20,000 nt of DNA, from IMG/VR virus record IMGVR_UViG_3300042197_002672, one strand, 5' to 3'. The stretch's first letter is position 1. Each line of letters begins with the position of its first letter. This document shows positions 1 to 7,140 of this stretch, one piece after another. The translations under genes were made by a program, and so were the position numbers. Source of the stretch: an uncultured virus (IMG/VR IMGVR_UViG_3300042197_002672) (taxonomy: Duplodnaviria > Heunggongvirae > Uroviricota > Caudoviricetes). The notes under the pieces are model-generated. The model searched no databases. It saw only the letters and a list, made by a program, of their open reading frames with translations, and was not told the origin of the DNA.

Positions 1-1
1 T

Positions 2-238
2 ATTTATGAAAATAATATAAAAAATATAAAAATATATGCAAATATAAATGGATATTGTGCATATGATAAAGTAGATGGCAAATATCTCTCAGACAGACTT
101 ATTTCTTTTCTTCCTAATATAAATATAAGATATACAACTGTAGAAAAATTCCCATTTCTAAATGGGCTAAATGCTCATTATCATATTATGAAAGAAAATG
201 ATTACAAATTAGCATTAGAAATTTTAGATAGGGATTGA
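2..238 (+). CDS. 5'-truncated ORF, probably the C-terminal end of a transketolase N-terminal (ThDP-binding) subunit
   Basis: My translation of frame 2 is open from base 2 to TGA at 236-238 (IYENNIKNIKIYANINGYCAYDKV...FPFLNGLNAHYHIMKENDYKLALEILDRD*). Not in the ORF track. The call rests mainly on its position just upstream of a transketolase pyrimidine-binding subunit. Confidence 0.6.
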   Translation: MYENNIKNIKIYANINGYCAYDKVDGKYLSDRLISFLPNINIRYTTVEKFPFLNGLNAHYHIMKENDYKLALEILDRD

Positions 239-239
239 T

Positions 240-713
240 ATGCGTAAAAAATTTAGCGAACTCTTATATAAAGAAATGAGTAAAGATAAAAATATCGTAT
301 TTATCACAGCTGATTTAGGATATGGTCTATGGGATAGAATTAAATTAGATTACCCAGATAGATTTTGGAACGTAGGCTCTTCAGAGCAGCTTGCTATAGG
401 TATGGCATGTGGTGCTGCAATGGAAGGAAAAATTCCATTTGTTTACTCTATCACTCCTTTTCTTATATATAGGCCATACGAGCTTATAAGAAATTATATA
501 AATCATGAAAAAATAAATGTAAAACTTATTGGTGGAGGAAGAGATAGAGACTATGGATATTTGGGATATTCTCATTGGGCAGAAGATGATAAAAAATCTC
601 TAGAAGTATTTGAAAATATAAATAAATTTTGGCCTGAGTCAGAAGATGAATTAGAGATTTTATTTCTAAAAATATTAGAAGACAATCCTGTCTATGTTAA
701 TTTAAAAAAATGA
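240..713 (+). CDS. Transketolase-like pyrimidine-binding domain subunit (stand-alone, no C-terminal domain)
   Basis: Motifs ITADLG, RFWNVGSSEQLAIGMACGAAMEGKIPFVYS, RPYELIRN and GYSHWAEDD are typical of the Transket_pyr domain; only 157 aa. Confidence 0.9.
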   Translation: MRKKFSELLYKEMSKDKNIVFITADLGYGLWDRIKLDYPDRFWNVGSSEQLAIGMACGAAMEGKIPFVYSITPFLIYRPYELIRNYINHEKINVKLIGGGRDRDYGYLGYSHWAEDDKKSLEVFENINKFWPESEDELEILFLKILEDNPVYVNLKK

Positions 714-1567
714 AAAAAATATTAATAACAGGTAATAGTGGATTTCTTTCTAAGGAGATAAGAACATACTTTGAAACAAAGTATGATCTATCCTTTATAG
801 GAAGAACTTCAAAAAATCAAGTAAATCTCTTAAACAAGGAAGAGGTTGATGATTTTTTTAAATCAAATCAAAAATTTGATGTTGTAATACATACAGCAAT
901 AAATGGTGGAAAAAGAACAGACAAAGATGAACCATATATATTTTACAATAATTTAAAAATGTATTTAAACCTACTTAATAATAAAAATAATTTTGGATAT
1001 TTATTTAATTTTTGTTCTGGTGCTGCTTTAAGAGTAAATGGAACTGTCGATCTTGGAAAAGAAGAAGATATTCTTATTACAGATCCTATTGACTATTATG
1101 GTCTTTCTAAAAATGAGATAGCTCGTAATATATTAAAGAATGAAAATTTCTATAATTTTAGAATATTTGGATGTTTTGGACGATTTGAAGAAGATAGTAG
1201 GTTTTTTAAGTCAATATTAAATTGTATAAATGATAATAAACCAGTATTTATACATCAAGATAAACAAATGGATTATATATCTGTAACAGATTTATGTAAA
1301 GTTGTAGAGTTTTATATAGAAAATATAGAAAAAAACAAAAACTTACCTAAAGACATAAATCTTGTTTATAATGATAAAAAAACTCTAACAGAAATGTGTC
1401 ACATATTATGTGGCTTGACAGAGACAAATCCTGATGTTATACTGGTGAATGAATATTTTGGCCATCCATATACTGGAAATGGCGAAAAGCTAAACAATTT
1501 AAGTCTAAATTTGAACGGATTAAATTTAGGCTTGATGGAGATGGTAGAAAATGTCCTCAGAAGATAA
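710..1567 (+). CDS. NAD-dependent epimerase/dehydratase (extended SDR)
   Basis: N-terminal ILITGNSGFLS Rossmann motif, VVIHTA, catalytic YGLSK (YxxxK), FRIFGCFG; ATGA overlap with the previous gene. Confidence 0.85.
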   Translation: MKKILITGNSGFLSKEIRTYFETKYDLSFIGRTSKNQVNLLNKEEVDDFFKSNQKFDVVIHTAINGGKRTDKDEPYIFYNNLKMYLNLLNNKNNFGYLFNFCSGAALRVNGTVDLGKEEDILITDPIDYYGLSKNEIARNILKNENFYNFRIFGCFGRFEEDSRFFKSILNCINDNKPVFIHQDKQMDYISVTDLCKVVEFYIENIEKNKNLPKDINLVYNDKKTLTEMCHILCGLTETNPDVILVNEYFGHPYTGNGEKLNNLSLNLNGLNLGLMEMVENVLRR

Positions 1568-2900
1568 AAAAGAATACATATTACATCTTGTCTCGTCTTT
1601 GATGAAAGAGAAGACCGCAAAAAAGTGGCAAAAAGGAAAGGATTGGGTAGAGTATTCTGGGCCTCATTTCGATGAAAAGGAGTATGTTTCCGCAGTAGAA
1701 ACATTATTGGGCGGATGGTTAATTTTTGGAGAAAACGCAAGAGAGTTTGAAAAGAAATTCCCTGTTCATCTTGGTAAGAAGCATGGAGTTTTTACAAATT
1801 CTGGAAGCTCTGCTAATTTATTGATGATGGCAGCTGCAAGATCAAGAAATCTATATAATTTTCAACCTGGCACAAAAATTATAACACCTGTAGTTTGTTT
1901 TCCTACTACAATAAATCCTATTATTCAAAATGGTTTTGAACCAATATTTGTTGATGTAGAATTACCAAGTCTAAATCTAAATTTAGATGATGTAGAGAAG
2001 AAACTAAAGGAACATCCTGATATTAAGGCTATCACATTTGCACATGTTCTAGGAAATCCTCCAGACATGGACAGATTAATGAAGATAATTATAGAGCACG
2101 ATCTTATCTTCTTGGAAGATTCTTGCGATGCTCTTGGTTCAACTTATAAGGGGAAGAAACTTGGATCTTTTGGTCATATGTCTGCTTGCTCTTTTTTTCC
2201 TGCTCATCATATGACAACAGGAGAAGGTGGTTTTGTTGCTACAGATAGTGGAAGAGCAAGGCTAACTTTAGCTAGTATTAGAGATTGGGGACGTGCCTGT
2301 TACTGCAATACTACTAAGCCAGGAAATGTAACATGCGGTACTGCATGTGGTGATAGATTTAAAAATTGGCTACCAGGAATGAAAGATGTAAATTATGATC
2401 ATAGATACGTTTTTGATGAGATTGGGTACAATCTTAAACCACTAGATTTACAGGCATCAATAGGGTTAAGGCAATTGGACAAACTCCCAGAAATGGATTC
2501 TGCACGCAGAGAAAATCATAAAAAACTATATGATATATTTAGTAAATATGAACAATATTTCATTTTACCAAAAGCAACAGAAGGCTCTGATCCTTGCTGG
2601 TTTGGATTCTCTCTTATAGTTAAAGACAATTCTCCATTTACAAAACATGAATTTGTTAAATTCTTAGAGTTTCATAAGATCCAAACAAGATCATATTTTA
2701 GCGGAAATATTTTATTACATCCAGGGTATCACCATATGGCTGAAAAATATGGAGATATGGATGAAAACTTTCCAATCGCACAAAAAGTAACAAGAGACTG
2801 CTTTTTCTTAGGAACATTTATAGGACTTACACAAGATAAGATTGATTATATTAAAGAAATTGTAGATCTTTTCTTTGATACAAAGGTTGGTGTTGGATGA
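1551..2900 (+). CDS. rfbH: RfbH/DdhC (E1)-type NDP-4-keto-6-deoxyhexose 3-dehydrase, DegT/DnrJ/EryC1/StrS fold
   Basis: NSGSSANLL, FPTTINPIIQNG, HVLGNP and EDSCDALGS motifs. SFFPAHHMTTGEGG has His at the usual PLP-lysine position. Cys cluster WGRACYC...TCGTACGDRF, then YDHRYVFDEIGYNLK. GGAG SD upstream. Confidence 0.88.
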   Translation: MSSEDKKEYILHLVSSLMKEKTAKKWQKGKDWVEYSGPHFDEKEYVSAVETLLGGWLIFGENAREFEKKFPVHLGKKHGVFTNSGSSANLLMMAAARSRNLYNFQPGTKIITPVVCFPTTINPIIQNGFEPIFVDVELPSLNLNLDDVEKKLKEHPDIKAITFAHVLGNPPDMDRLMKIIIEHDLIFLEDSCDALGSTYKGKKLGSFGHMSACSFFPAHHMTTGEGGFVATDSGRARLTLASIRDWGRACYCNTTKPGNVTCGTACGDRFKNWLPGMKDVNYDHRYVFDEIGYNLKPLDLQASIGLRQLDKLPEMDSARRENHKKLYDIFSKYEQYFILPKATEGSDPCWFGFSLIVKDNSPFTKHEFVKFLEFHKIQTRSYFSGNILLHPGYHHMAEKYGDMDENFPIAQKVTRDCFFLGTFIGLTQDKIDYIKEIVDLFFDTKVGVG

Positions 2901-3856
2901 AAATAGCCTTAGTGACTGGTTATGCTGGATTTATAGGATCTCATTTTACCGAGAAACTTCTTAAGAGCGGATGGACTGTTTATGGTGTTGATAAATTTGT
3001 CACAAATATAAGCAATACAGAATATATATCAAATCATGAAAAATTTAAACATATTGGATATGATATTTGCCAACTAACATCTATTCCAGATTGTGATTAT
3101 GTTTTTAACTTTGCAGCAGAATCGCATGTTGGAAACTCTATTGAGTCAAATCAGAAGTTTGTCACAACAAATGTAGAGGGTGTTAGAAATCTTCTTGAGA
3201 TCATAAGAAAGAAGCCAGATAATATCGTTAAGAAGCCAGTGTTTTTTCATATATCAACAGATGAAGTATATGGAGATAGGCTTGAATCTAAGTCAGATAT
3301 GGCAACAGAAGAAGATTTACTTAATCCGTCTAATCCATACTCTGCGAGCAAGGCAGCAGCAGACATGTTGGTATTAGCATGGGCGAGAACATATGGTATA
3401 GAATACGTAATAGCAAGACCAACTAATAACTATGGAACACACCAGCATCCAGAAAAGTTAATCCCTTTATCTATCAAGCTTTCCCTATGGCAGAAAAAGA
3501 TTAGATTGCATAATAAAGGAACTCCTAAGAGAAAATGGCTTCATGTAGAAGATACAGCTGACGCTATTCTTACGATGGTAGAAAAGAATGCAAGAGGTAT
3601 ATATAATATATCAGGAAATGTAGAGCAAACAAATTTATCAACAGTTTATAAAGTATTAAAATCTATGAATATAGAACCATCAGATGATAAATTTGATTTA
3701 GATTATATTAGACCTGGACAGGATATGCATTATTCTGTAAATGATGATAAATTAAAATCACTAGGTTGGAAATGCAAGAGGCATTTTGACGATGAAATTG
3801 AAAAAATTGTAAAATGGTATCTTCAAGATCCAAACGATAGACTTTTTTGTGAGTGA
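2897..3856 (+). CDS. rmlB: dTDP-glucose 4,6-dehydratase-like (RmlB/RfbB) SDR
   Basis: LVTGYAGFIGSH, FAAESHV, HISTDEVYG, PSNPYSASKAAAD, NNYGTHQHPEKLIP, WLHVED and RPGQDMHY. Confidence 0.85.
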   Translation: MKIALVTGYAGFIGSHFTEKLLKSGWTVYGVDKFVTNISNTEYISNHEKFKHIGYDICQLTSIPDCDYVFNFAAESHVGNSIESNQKFVTTNVEGVRNLLEIIRKKPDNIVKKPVFFHISTDEVYGDRLESKSDMATEEDLLNPSNPYSASKAAADMLVLAWARTYGIEYVIARPTNNYGTHQHPEKLIPLSIKLSLWQKKIRLHNKGTPKRKWLHVEDTADAILTMVEKNARGIYNISGNVEQTNLSTVYKVLKSMNIEPSDDKFDLDYIRPGQDMHYSVNDDKLKSLGWKCKRHFDDEIEKIVKWYLQDPNDRLFCE

Positions 3857-3864
3857 GGCATACC

Positions 3865-4770
3865 TTGAAAGTATTAGTGACTGGTGGCAGTGGTTTTGTA
3901 GGGTCTAACTTAAAAAAAATTAGACCAAATTGGACATATATATCATCAACCGATTATGATCTAAAGAATCCTCAAGAAGTTAAATTCATGTATAAGGATG
4001 TAAAACCTGAAGTTGTCCTACACCTTGCAGCTAAAGTTGGTGGTATAAAAGAAAATACTGAAAATCAGGCCGATTTTTATTATATAAATACTGCAATAAA
4101 TACAAATATAGTGAAGTATGCAGTTGATAATAATGTCCAGAAGTTAGTGGCATCATTAAGTACTTGCGCTTTTCCAGATACATTGAACAGTTATCCATTT
4201 AAAGAAGATGATATCTTCAAGGGACCTCCGTCAAAAACTAATTTCTCATATGGATATTCTAAAAGAGGATTATATGCTCATTGTCTTGCAGTTAGAGAAC
4301 AATATGGATTGAACTATTCTTGCTTTTCTCCTTCTAATGTATACGGACCAGGAGATCATTTTGACGATATACAGTCATCTCATTTTGTTGCTGCTTTAAT
4401 TTCAAAGATAGCAAACGCCAAAGATGGAGACTGTCTTGAATTTTGGGGCAGTGGAACACCATTAAGGCAGCAGCTCTACGTAAAAGATTTATGCGATATA
4501 CTTACAATTTTTGTAGAACAATTCTACAGTACAGATAAAGCAGTTATTGTTGCTCCAACAGAAAATCTTTCAATAAAAGAAATGATAGATATAGCTATTC
4601 GCATATCTGGAAAAAATTTATCATATAAATTTAATGGAAAATTAGATGGTCAATACAGAAAAGATGGTAGTAACGATTTCCTTATGAGGATTGTAGACTA
4701 TAAATTTACTACATTTGAAGATGGAATTAAAGAAACTTATAACTCATACATAAAAGAGAGGAAGGTTTGA
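3865..4770 (+). CDS. fcl: GDP-L-fucose synthase-like epimerase/reductase (Fcl/ColC family)
   Basis: VLVTGGSGFVG, HLAAKVGGI, LSTCAFPD, SYGYSKR, PSNVYGPGDHF, SHFVAALI, WGSGTPLRQ and DGQYRK. The track starts at GTG 3853; TTG 3865, 6 nt after GAGG, gives MKVLVTGG and is the likelier start. Confidence 0.85.
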   Translation: MKVLVTGGSGFVGSNLKKIRPNWTYISSTDYDLKNPQEVKFMYKDVKPEVVLHLAAKVGGIKENTENQADFYYINTAINTNIVKYAVDNNVQKLVASLSTCAFPDTLNSYPFKEDDIFKGPPSKTNFSYGYSKRGLYAHCLAVREQYGLNYSCFSPSNVYGPGDHFDDIQSSHFVAALISKIANAKDGDCLEFWGSGTPLRQQLYVKDLCDILTIFVEQFYSTDKAVIVAPTENLSIKEMIDIAIRISGKNLSYKFNGKLDGQYRKDGSNDFLMRIVDYKFTTFEDGIKETYNSYIKERKV

Positions 4771-4805
4771 AGACAGCCATAATTACAGGGGCGACAGGCC
4801 AATAA
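4767..4805 (+). pseudogene. Orphaned 5' end of gmd: 12-codon mini-ORF [12 protein letters not shown]
   Basis: TTG AAG ACA GCC ATA ATT ACA GGG GCG ACA GGC CAA TAA. The TTG overlaps the fcl stop (TTGA) and follows GAGAGGAAGG. The peptide matches the canonical Gmd start (MKxAxITGxTGQ). Confidence 0.85.
4784..4801 (+). repeat. 18-bp direct repeat, left copy (TACAGGGGCGACAGGCCA)
   Basis: Identical to 5598-5615, 814 bp downstream; encodes TGATGQ of the Gmd Rossmann motif. Confidence 0.97.
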
Positions 4806-4818
4806 AATAATTCTATTA

Positions 4819-4849
4819 TTCCTGTGATAATAACTATTTAAAACAGGAG
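4819..4849 (+). promoter_or_regulatory. Putative RBS-sequestering stem in the endonuclease leader
   Basis: TTCCTGT (4819-4825) is complementary to ACAGGAG (4843-4849, one G-U), which contains the SD AGGAG 6 nt before ATG 4856. Short stem with a 17-nt loop; stability not computed. Confidence 0.45.
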
Positions 4850-4855
4850 ATCGTA

Positions 4856-5590
4856 ATGAAAAAAATTATTTATGCTACAAAAAACTGTCAGTTATGTCAA
4901 GAACAATTTCAAATAAAAAAAACCTGCAAAAAAGACTTTAAAAGAAAGTTTTGCTCTAAAAAATGCTCATCTGTTTTTAATGGAAAAAATAATAAAGGCA
5001 GAAAACACACTGAAGAATGGAAGCAAAATTTAAGAGAGAAAAACTCTGGAGAAAATAATCCATTTTACGGCAAACAACATTGTTCTGAAACAAAAGAAAA
5101 AATTTCAAAAAGCAATAAAAGTAAAGGCAGAAAACACACTGAAGAATGGAAGCAAAATTTAAGAGAGAAAAACTCTGGAGAAAATAATCCATTTTATGGA
5201 AAAAAGCATACAGATGAAAGTAGAGCAAAAATATCACAAAATCATGCCGACCATTCTGGAGAAAAAAATCCAAACTATGCAAATGGCGATAAAATCAAAG
5301 GTGAAAAAAATCCTGGCTGGTTAGGAGGCATATCTTATGGAGAATATGGTTTAGAATTTAATCAAGAATTAAAAAAATCAATAAGAAAAAGAGATTTTTT
5401 TAAATGTAAAATTTGTAAAAAAAATGGTTATGATGTCCATCACATAGATTATGATAAAAAAAATAACTTATCTGAAAATTTAATTACTTTGTGCAGAAGC
5501 TGTCATATGAAAACAAATTTTAATAGAGAAAGCTGGAAGAGTTTTTTTAAAACAACGAAGGAAGAAAACACATGTCAACACAACGAATAG
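4856..5590 (+). CDS. HNH homing endonuclease with N-terminal Zn-finger and NUMOD3-type DNA-binding repeats
   Basis: CQLC...FCSKKC; repeated GRKHTEEWKQNLREKNSGENNPFYGK, KHTDESRAKIS and GEKNP motifs; C-terminal CKIC...DVHHIDYDKKNN...NLITLCRSCH HNH motif; AGGAG SD. Confidence 0.92.
   Translation: MKKIIYATKNCQLCQEQFQIKKTCKKDFKRKFCSKKCSSVFNGKNNKGRKHTEEWKQNLREKNSGENNPFYGKQHCSETKEKISKSNKSKGRKHTEEWKQNLREKNSGENNPFYGKKHTDESRAKISQNHADHSGEKNPNYANGDKIKGEKNPGWLGGISYGEYGLEFNQELKKSIRKRDFFKCKICKKNGYDVHHIDYDKKNNLSENLITLCRSCHMKTNFNRESWKSFFKTTKEENTCQHNE
4993..5196 (+). repeat. Exact 75-bp intragenic direct repeat (4993-5067 and 5122-5196, period 129 bp)
   Basis: Both copies read TAAAGGCAGAAAACACACTGAAGAATGG...GAAAATAATCCATTTTA and encode KGRKHTEEWKQNLREKNSGENNPF(Y). 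Confidence 0.95.
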
Positions 5591-6579
5591 CACTTTGTAC
5601 AGGGGCGACAGGCCAGGATGGGAGTCATTTATGCGAATTACTTCTATCAAAAGGATATAAAGTAATTGGAACAAAGAGAAGAACATCTACTATAAACACA
5701 TCTAGAGTAGATCATATTTTCTCAAATCCTAATTTTATATTAGAATATTTCGATCTTAATGACGGCAGTTCGATGTATAATTTAATATATAAATACGATC
5801 CAGACGAAATATACAATCTAGCAGCTCAATCTCATGTAAGAGTGTCTTTTGACGTGCCTGAAAATACAGTAGATGGTATTGCAATGGGAACTCTAAAGAT
5901 ATTAGAAGCTATAAAGAATACAAATAAAGAAATAAAATTCTATCAAGCATCATCTTCAGAAATGTTTGGAGATGCTCCTATTCCAGATGGTGGATATAAA
6001 GAGTATAGTTTAATGACACCAGCATCTCCTTATGCATGTGCTAAATTATTTTCACATAATCTAGTAAGGAATTACAGATATTCTTATGGATTACATGCAA
6101 GCAGTGGAATTTTATTTAATCACGAGAGTCCAAGAAGAGGTGAAACCTTTGTCACAAGGAAAATAACCCTAGCTGCTGCTGCTATTAAATTAGGAATACA
6201 GGATAAACTTTATTTAGGAAATCTTGATGCTAAAAGAGATTGGGGATATGCTAAAGAGTATGTAGAGGCTATGTGGCTAATGCTTCAACAAGAATCACCA
6301 GATGATTATGTTATTGCTACTGGAGAATCTAAAACTGTTAAAGAATTCTTAGAAATAGTATTTGACTTTGCACAACTTGATCCTTATAAGTATGTTAACA
6401 TAGATGAAAGGTTATTTAGACCTCACGAAGTTCCTTTCTTACTTGGAGATGCAAGTAAAGCTAAAAATATATTAAAGTGGGAACCAAAATGCTCTCTAAA
6501 AGAATTGGCTGAAATGATGTATAAGCATGATTATTCTGCTCTATATAAGAAACTAAATGGAGAAAAAAATGCAACATGA
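5572..6579 (+). CDS. gmd: GDP-mannose 4,6-dehydratase
   Basis: [74 protein letters not shown] and RPHEV. The start overlaps the last 19 nt of the HNH gene; AAGGA upstream. Confidence 0.97.
   Translation: [335 protein letters not shown]
5598..5615 (+). repeat. 18-bp direct repeat, right copy (TACAGGGGCGACAGGCCA)
   Basis: Identical to 4784-4801. Confidence 0.97.
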
Positions 6580-6922
6580 AGAAAGGCCATGGGGAACATT
6601 TAATGTTCTTCACGAGGAAGATAGTTTTAAATTAAAAAAAATAACAGTTTATCCTGGACATAAACTTTCATTACAGAGTCATTCAAAGAGGAATGAAGTT
6701 TGGACAATAATAGAGGGCACTGGTATCGTTACATTAGACGATATAGTTCAAGATATTGAGCGTGGAGATGTAATAATCATTCCTTCTGAAATAAAGCATC
6801 GTATAGAAAATACTGGTAAAGATTTTCTAGTATTTGTAGAAGTGCAACACGGAGAATCTTTCGAAGAATCTGATATCGTTAGGTATGAAGATTCATATGG
6901 GAGAGCAGGTCCCTTAAATTAA
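6569..6922 (+). CDS. Stand-alone cupin, type II mannose-6-phosphate isomerase (ManC C-terminal) domain
   Basis: RPWGTF, KKITVYPGHKLSLQSHSKRNEVW, KHRIEN, VEVQHG and EESDIVRYEDSYGR. The track start is 6557; ATG 6569 follows GGAG and is likelier. Confidence 0.9.
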   Translation: MQHEERPWGTFNVLHEEDSFKLKKITVYPGHKLSLQSHSKRNEVWTIIEGTGIVTLDDIVQDIERGDVIIIPSEIKHRIENTGKDFLVFVEVQHGESFEESDIVRYEDSYGRAGPLN

Positions 6923-6933
6923 GGAAATAACAT

Positions 6934-7140
6934 ATGAAAGAAAAGATGACTAATAAAGAAAAATTTAAGACAATCTGGGAAACAGTGAAAGAAGAAGATA
7001 GGCAAAAATTTGTGGTATCTATCTTTGAAAGCCAGCCAACAGAAACACAAGACGCAATGCTAGAATATCTTGCATCTGTTGGAACAGATAGAATTATTGC
7101 AAACCTAAAGAAGCGTAAAGAAGAAGCGGCGAACAAATGA
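6934..7140 (+). CDS. Hypothetical protein (68 aa)
   Basis: AAGGA upstream, co-oriented and tightly packed, ATGA overlap with the next ORF. Confidence 0.7.
   Translation: MKEKMTNKEKFKTIWETVKEEDRQKFVVSIFESQPTETQDAMLEYLASVGTDRIIANLKKRKEEAANK

Larger units (their letters stand above)
4802..5615 (+). mobile_element. Homing-endonuclease cassette inserted in the 5' end of gmd (814 bp including one repeat copy)
   Basis: Bounded by the 18-bp direct repeat. Removing it in silico yields a continuous [26 protein letters not shown]... Gmd ORF coupled to fcl. The exact junction can slide within the repeat. Confidence 0.8.

Noticed and set aside
4831..4840. TAACTATTTA as a late promoter in the endonuclease leader (CTATTTA also at 8639 and 12552)
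   Set aside because: Short AT-rich word expected by chance here; other copies are intragenic and there is too little intergenic sequence to derive a consensus.
4993..5196. CRISPR-like repeat-spacer-repeat
   Set aside because: Two 75-bp in-frame copies inside a protein-coding gene; wrong size and no cas genes.
4784..5597. Group I intron interpretation of the gmd insertion (a junction after T4783 and after G5597 formally fits the U / terminal-G rule and restores the frame)
   Set aside because: Only about 70 nt upstream and 7 nt downstream of the HNH ORF are non-coding, and I see no P3-P9 core. The U-G pair of the local stem is at 4784, not 4783, and gmd has its own downstream start. An Rfam/Infernal scan and RT-PCR would settle it.
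4802..5615. Intein or insertion sequence
   Set aside because: 814 bp is not a multiple of 3, a stop follows the left repeat, and there are no intein splice motifs. There is no transposase and no terminal inverted repeats.
4800..5616. T4 gene 60-style ribosomal bypass from the mini-ORF to gmd
   Set aside because: Matching codons and an adjacent stop exist, but the gap is about 800 nt and contains a translated gene; the independent ATG 5572 with RBS is simpler.
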